From a virus (lineage: Duplodnaviria > Caudoviricetes): a stretch of 35,280 nt of DNA. The translations under genes were made by a program, and so were the position numbers. Where the stretch lies: IMG/VR virus record IMGVR_UViG_3300025018_000335, positions 1 to 35,280 of that record; one strand, written 5' to 3'. The notes beneath the pieces were generated by a model. It did not search any database and was not told where the DNA came from. It saw nothing but the letters and a program-made list of their open reading frames with translations. Of the stretch, positions 34,415 to 35,280 are shown piece after piece (position 1 is the stretch's first letter; every line of letters starts with the position of its first letter).

Positions 34415-34793
34415 CTTTCAATAGTCCATGGTATGCACGATTACCTATTGAGAAGTGTGCAAATGCTTTTTTCATTGCGTCTGTCTGTGCTGACTTCATT
34501 GCATCACCATAATCATCTAGTATCGGGTGCGATGCGACAGCGTCAATACTTCTACCATCTATTGTTATTCTGACTTTTGTTAGAACATCAATAATTTGTG
34601 AGCCTGATTTATTTGACCGACCAGAGTCTCTTTCTGATGTTTCCAATAACTCCATGCTCCACTCAATACCAGCTTCATTTACTGCGTCTATTACCGCTTG
34701 TGGCTTATATCCCGCGTAACCTTTGTGATCCTTACTCCAGTTATGTGGCTCACCCTTTTTCAGTATTTCGTTTACTTGGTTTATTTTATCCAT
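34359..34793 (-). CDS. Rad52/Sak-like single-strand annealing protein
   Basis: GYKPQAVIDAVN...W...DAMKSAQTDAMKKAFAHFSIG..Y. Confidence 0.8.
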   Translation of the reverse strand: MDKINQVNEILKKGEPHNWSKDHKGYAGYKPQAVIDAVNEAGIEWSMELLETSERDSGRSNKSGSQIIDVLTKVRITIDGRSIDAVASHPILDDYGDAMKSAQTDAMKKAFAHFSIGNRAYHGLLKDDNAEQKEEITNDNDFEI

Positions 34794-34794
34794 A

Positions 34795-34971
34795 TTAGCT
34801 AAAATGTTTACCTGCTGTTAAATCTCCTTCTCCTGTTAGTTGATTAAGCATAATTGCATACATAACCTTGCCTGTTTTCTTCCACTTTTTCATTAAGTTA
34901 TCTGCTTTTGCTTTCTCAATTTGGTATAGTCTACGCTCTCGACCTTCTTTTGTTGATGTATCAAATGTCAT
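34795..34971 (-). CDS. 58-aa hypothetical protein
   Basis: Read manually: MTFDTSTKEGRERRLYQIEKAKADNLMKKWRK... Confidence 0.6.
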   Translation of the reverse strand: MTFDTSTKEGRERRLYQIEKAKADNLMKKWKKTGKVMYAIMLNQLTGEGDLTAGKHFS

Positions 34972-34995
34972 ATCTCTAAAATGATTCTAATAAAT

Positions 34996-35280
34996 TTAAT
35001 CTTCAATCTGAAAACCTAAAGCGTTTAGGAAATCAGATACTTGTTCTGTTTTTAGTTTGCTTGTTCCACCTCTACCCAAAAACCTTACATTTTGTAATTC
35101 AGCACCATAGAGGTTAGCATCACGGAGGTCAGCACCACGGAGGTCAGCATAACTGAGGTTAGCATCACGGAGGTCAGCACCACGGAGGTTAGCATAACTG
35201 AGGTTAGCATCACGGAGGTCAGCACCACGGAGGTCAGCATAACTGAGGTTAGCATCACCTTTCTCTTCAATAGCTTCTTT
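34996..35280 (-). CDS. Pentapeptide-repeat protein, 3' part (10 units)
   Basis: KEAIEEKGD(ANLSY-A[D/N]LRG-ADLRD)x3[40 protein letters not shown]. Confidence 0.85.
   Translation of the reverse strand, partial: KEAIEEKGDANLSYADLRGADLRDANLSYANLRGADLRDANLSYADLRGADLRDANLYGAELQNVRFLGRGGTSKLKTEQVSDFLNALGFQIED
35069..35280. repeat. Terminal direct repeat / circular overlap, right copy
   Basis: Matches 1-167 plus one extra 45-bp block. Confidence 0.9.

Noticed and set aside
12086-34798. Remaining plus-strand ORFs in the track
   Set aside because: Antisense to well-supported minus-strand genes
35085-35270. ORF with MLTSV repeats
   Set aside because: Off-frame shadow of the pentapeptide-repeat gene
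1-35280. Diversity-generating retroelement
   Set aside because: No reverse transcriptase motif and no separate template/variable repeat pair found
1-35280. Alternative genetic code; tRNA or rRNA genes
   Set aside because: Long genes are intact in the standard code and all three stop codons end genes; no cloverleaf or rRNA recognised by eye

Overview
The window is an essentially complete ~35.1 kb tailed-phage genome (podovirus-like; no tape measure or tail tube evident). Its ends overlap: 1-167 repeats 35069-35280, with a 45-bp length difference inside a pentapeptide repeat. Almost all genes are on the minus strand. Order: Rad52-like/NinB/NinG recombination genes, TerS/TerL, scaffold, major capsid gene split by a group I intron carrying a LAGLIDADG endonuclease, a 7-gene sugar-synthesis/glycosyltransferase cassette, portal, adaptor, tail proteins, ejection proteins, lysis genes, an RNA-structure-rich control region (5.6-6.5 kb), then small early genes, three with in-frame tandem repeats. 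I recognise no polymerase, helicase, integrase or repressor. Leaderless promoters, scarce Shine-Dalgarno sites and TTATCCACA boxes are compatible with a Patescibacteria/CPR-type host (inference only). Most notable: (1) an amino-deoxysugar biosynthesis plus glycosyltransferase cassette inside the head module, a candidate virion-glycosylation system; (2) two covarying 20-nt bulged hairpins overlapping leader terminators before the two structural operons, a candidate late-gene antitermination element; (3) the capsid group I intron; (4) an interleaved A-B-A'-B' leader RNA. All protein calls come from motif recognition by eye, not database searches.
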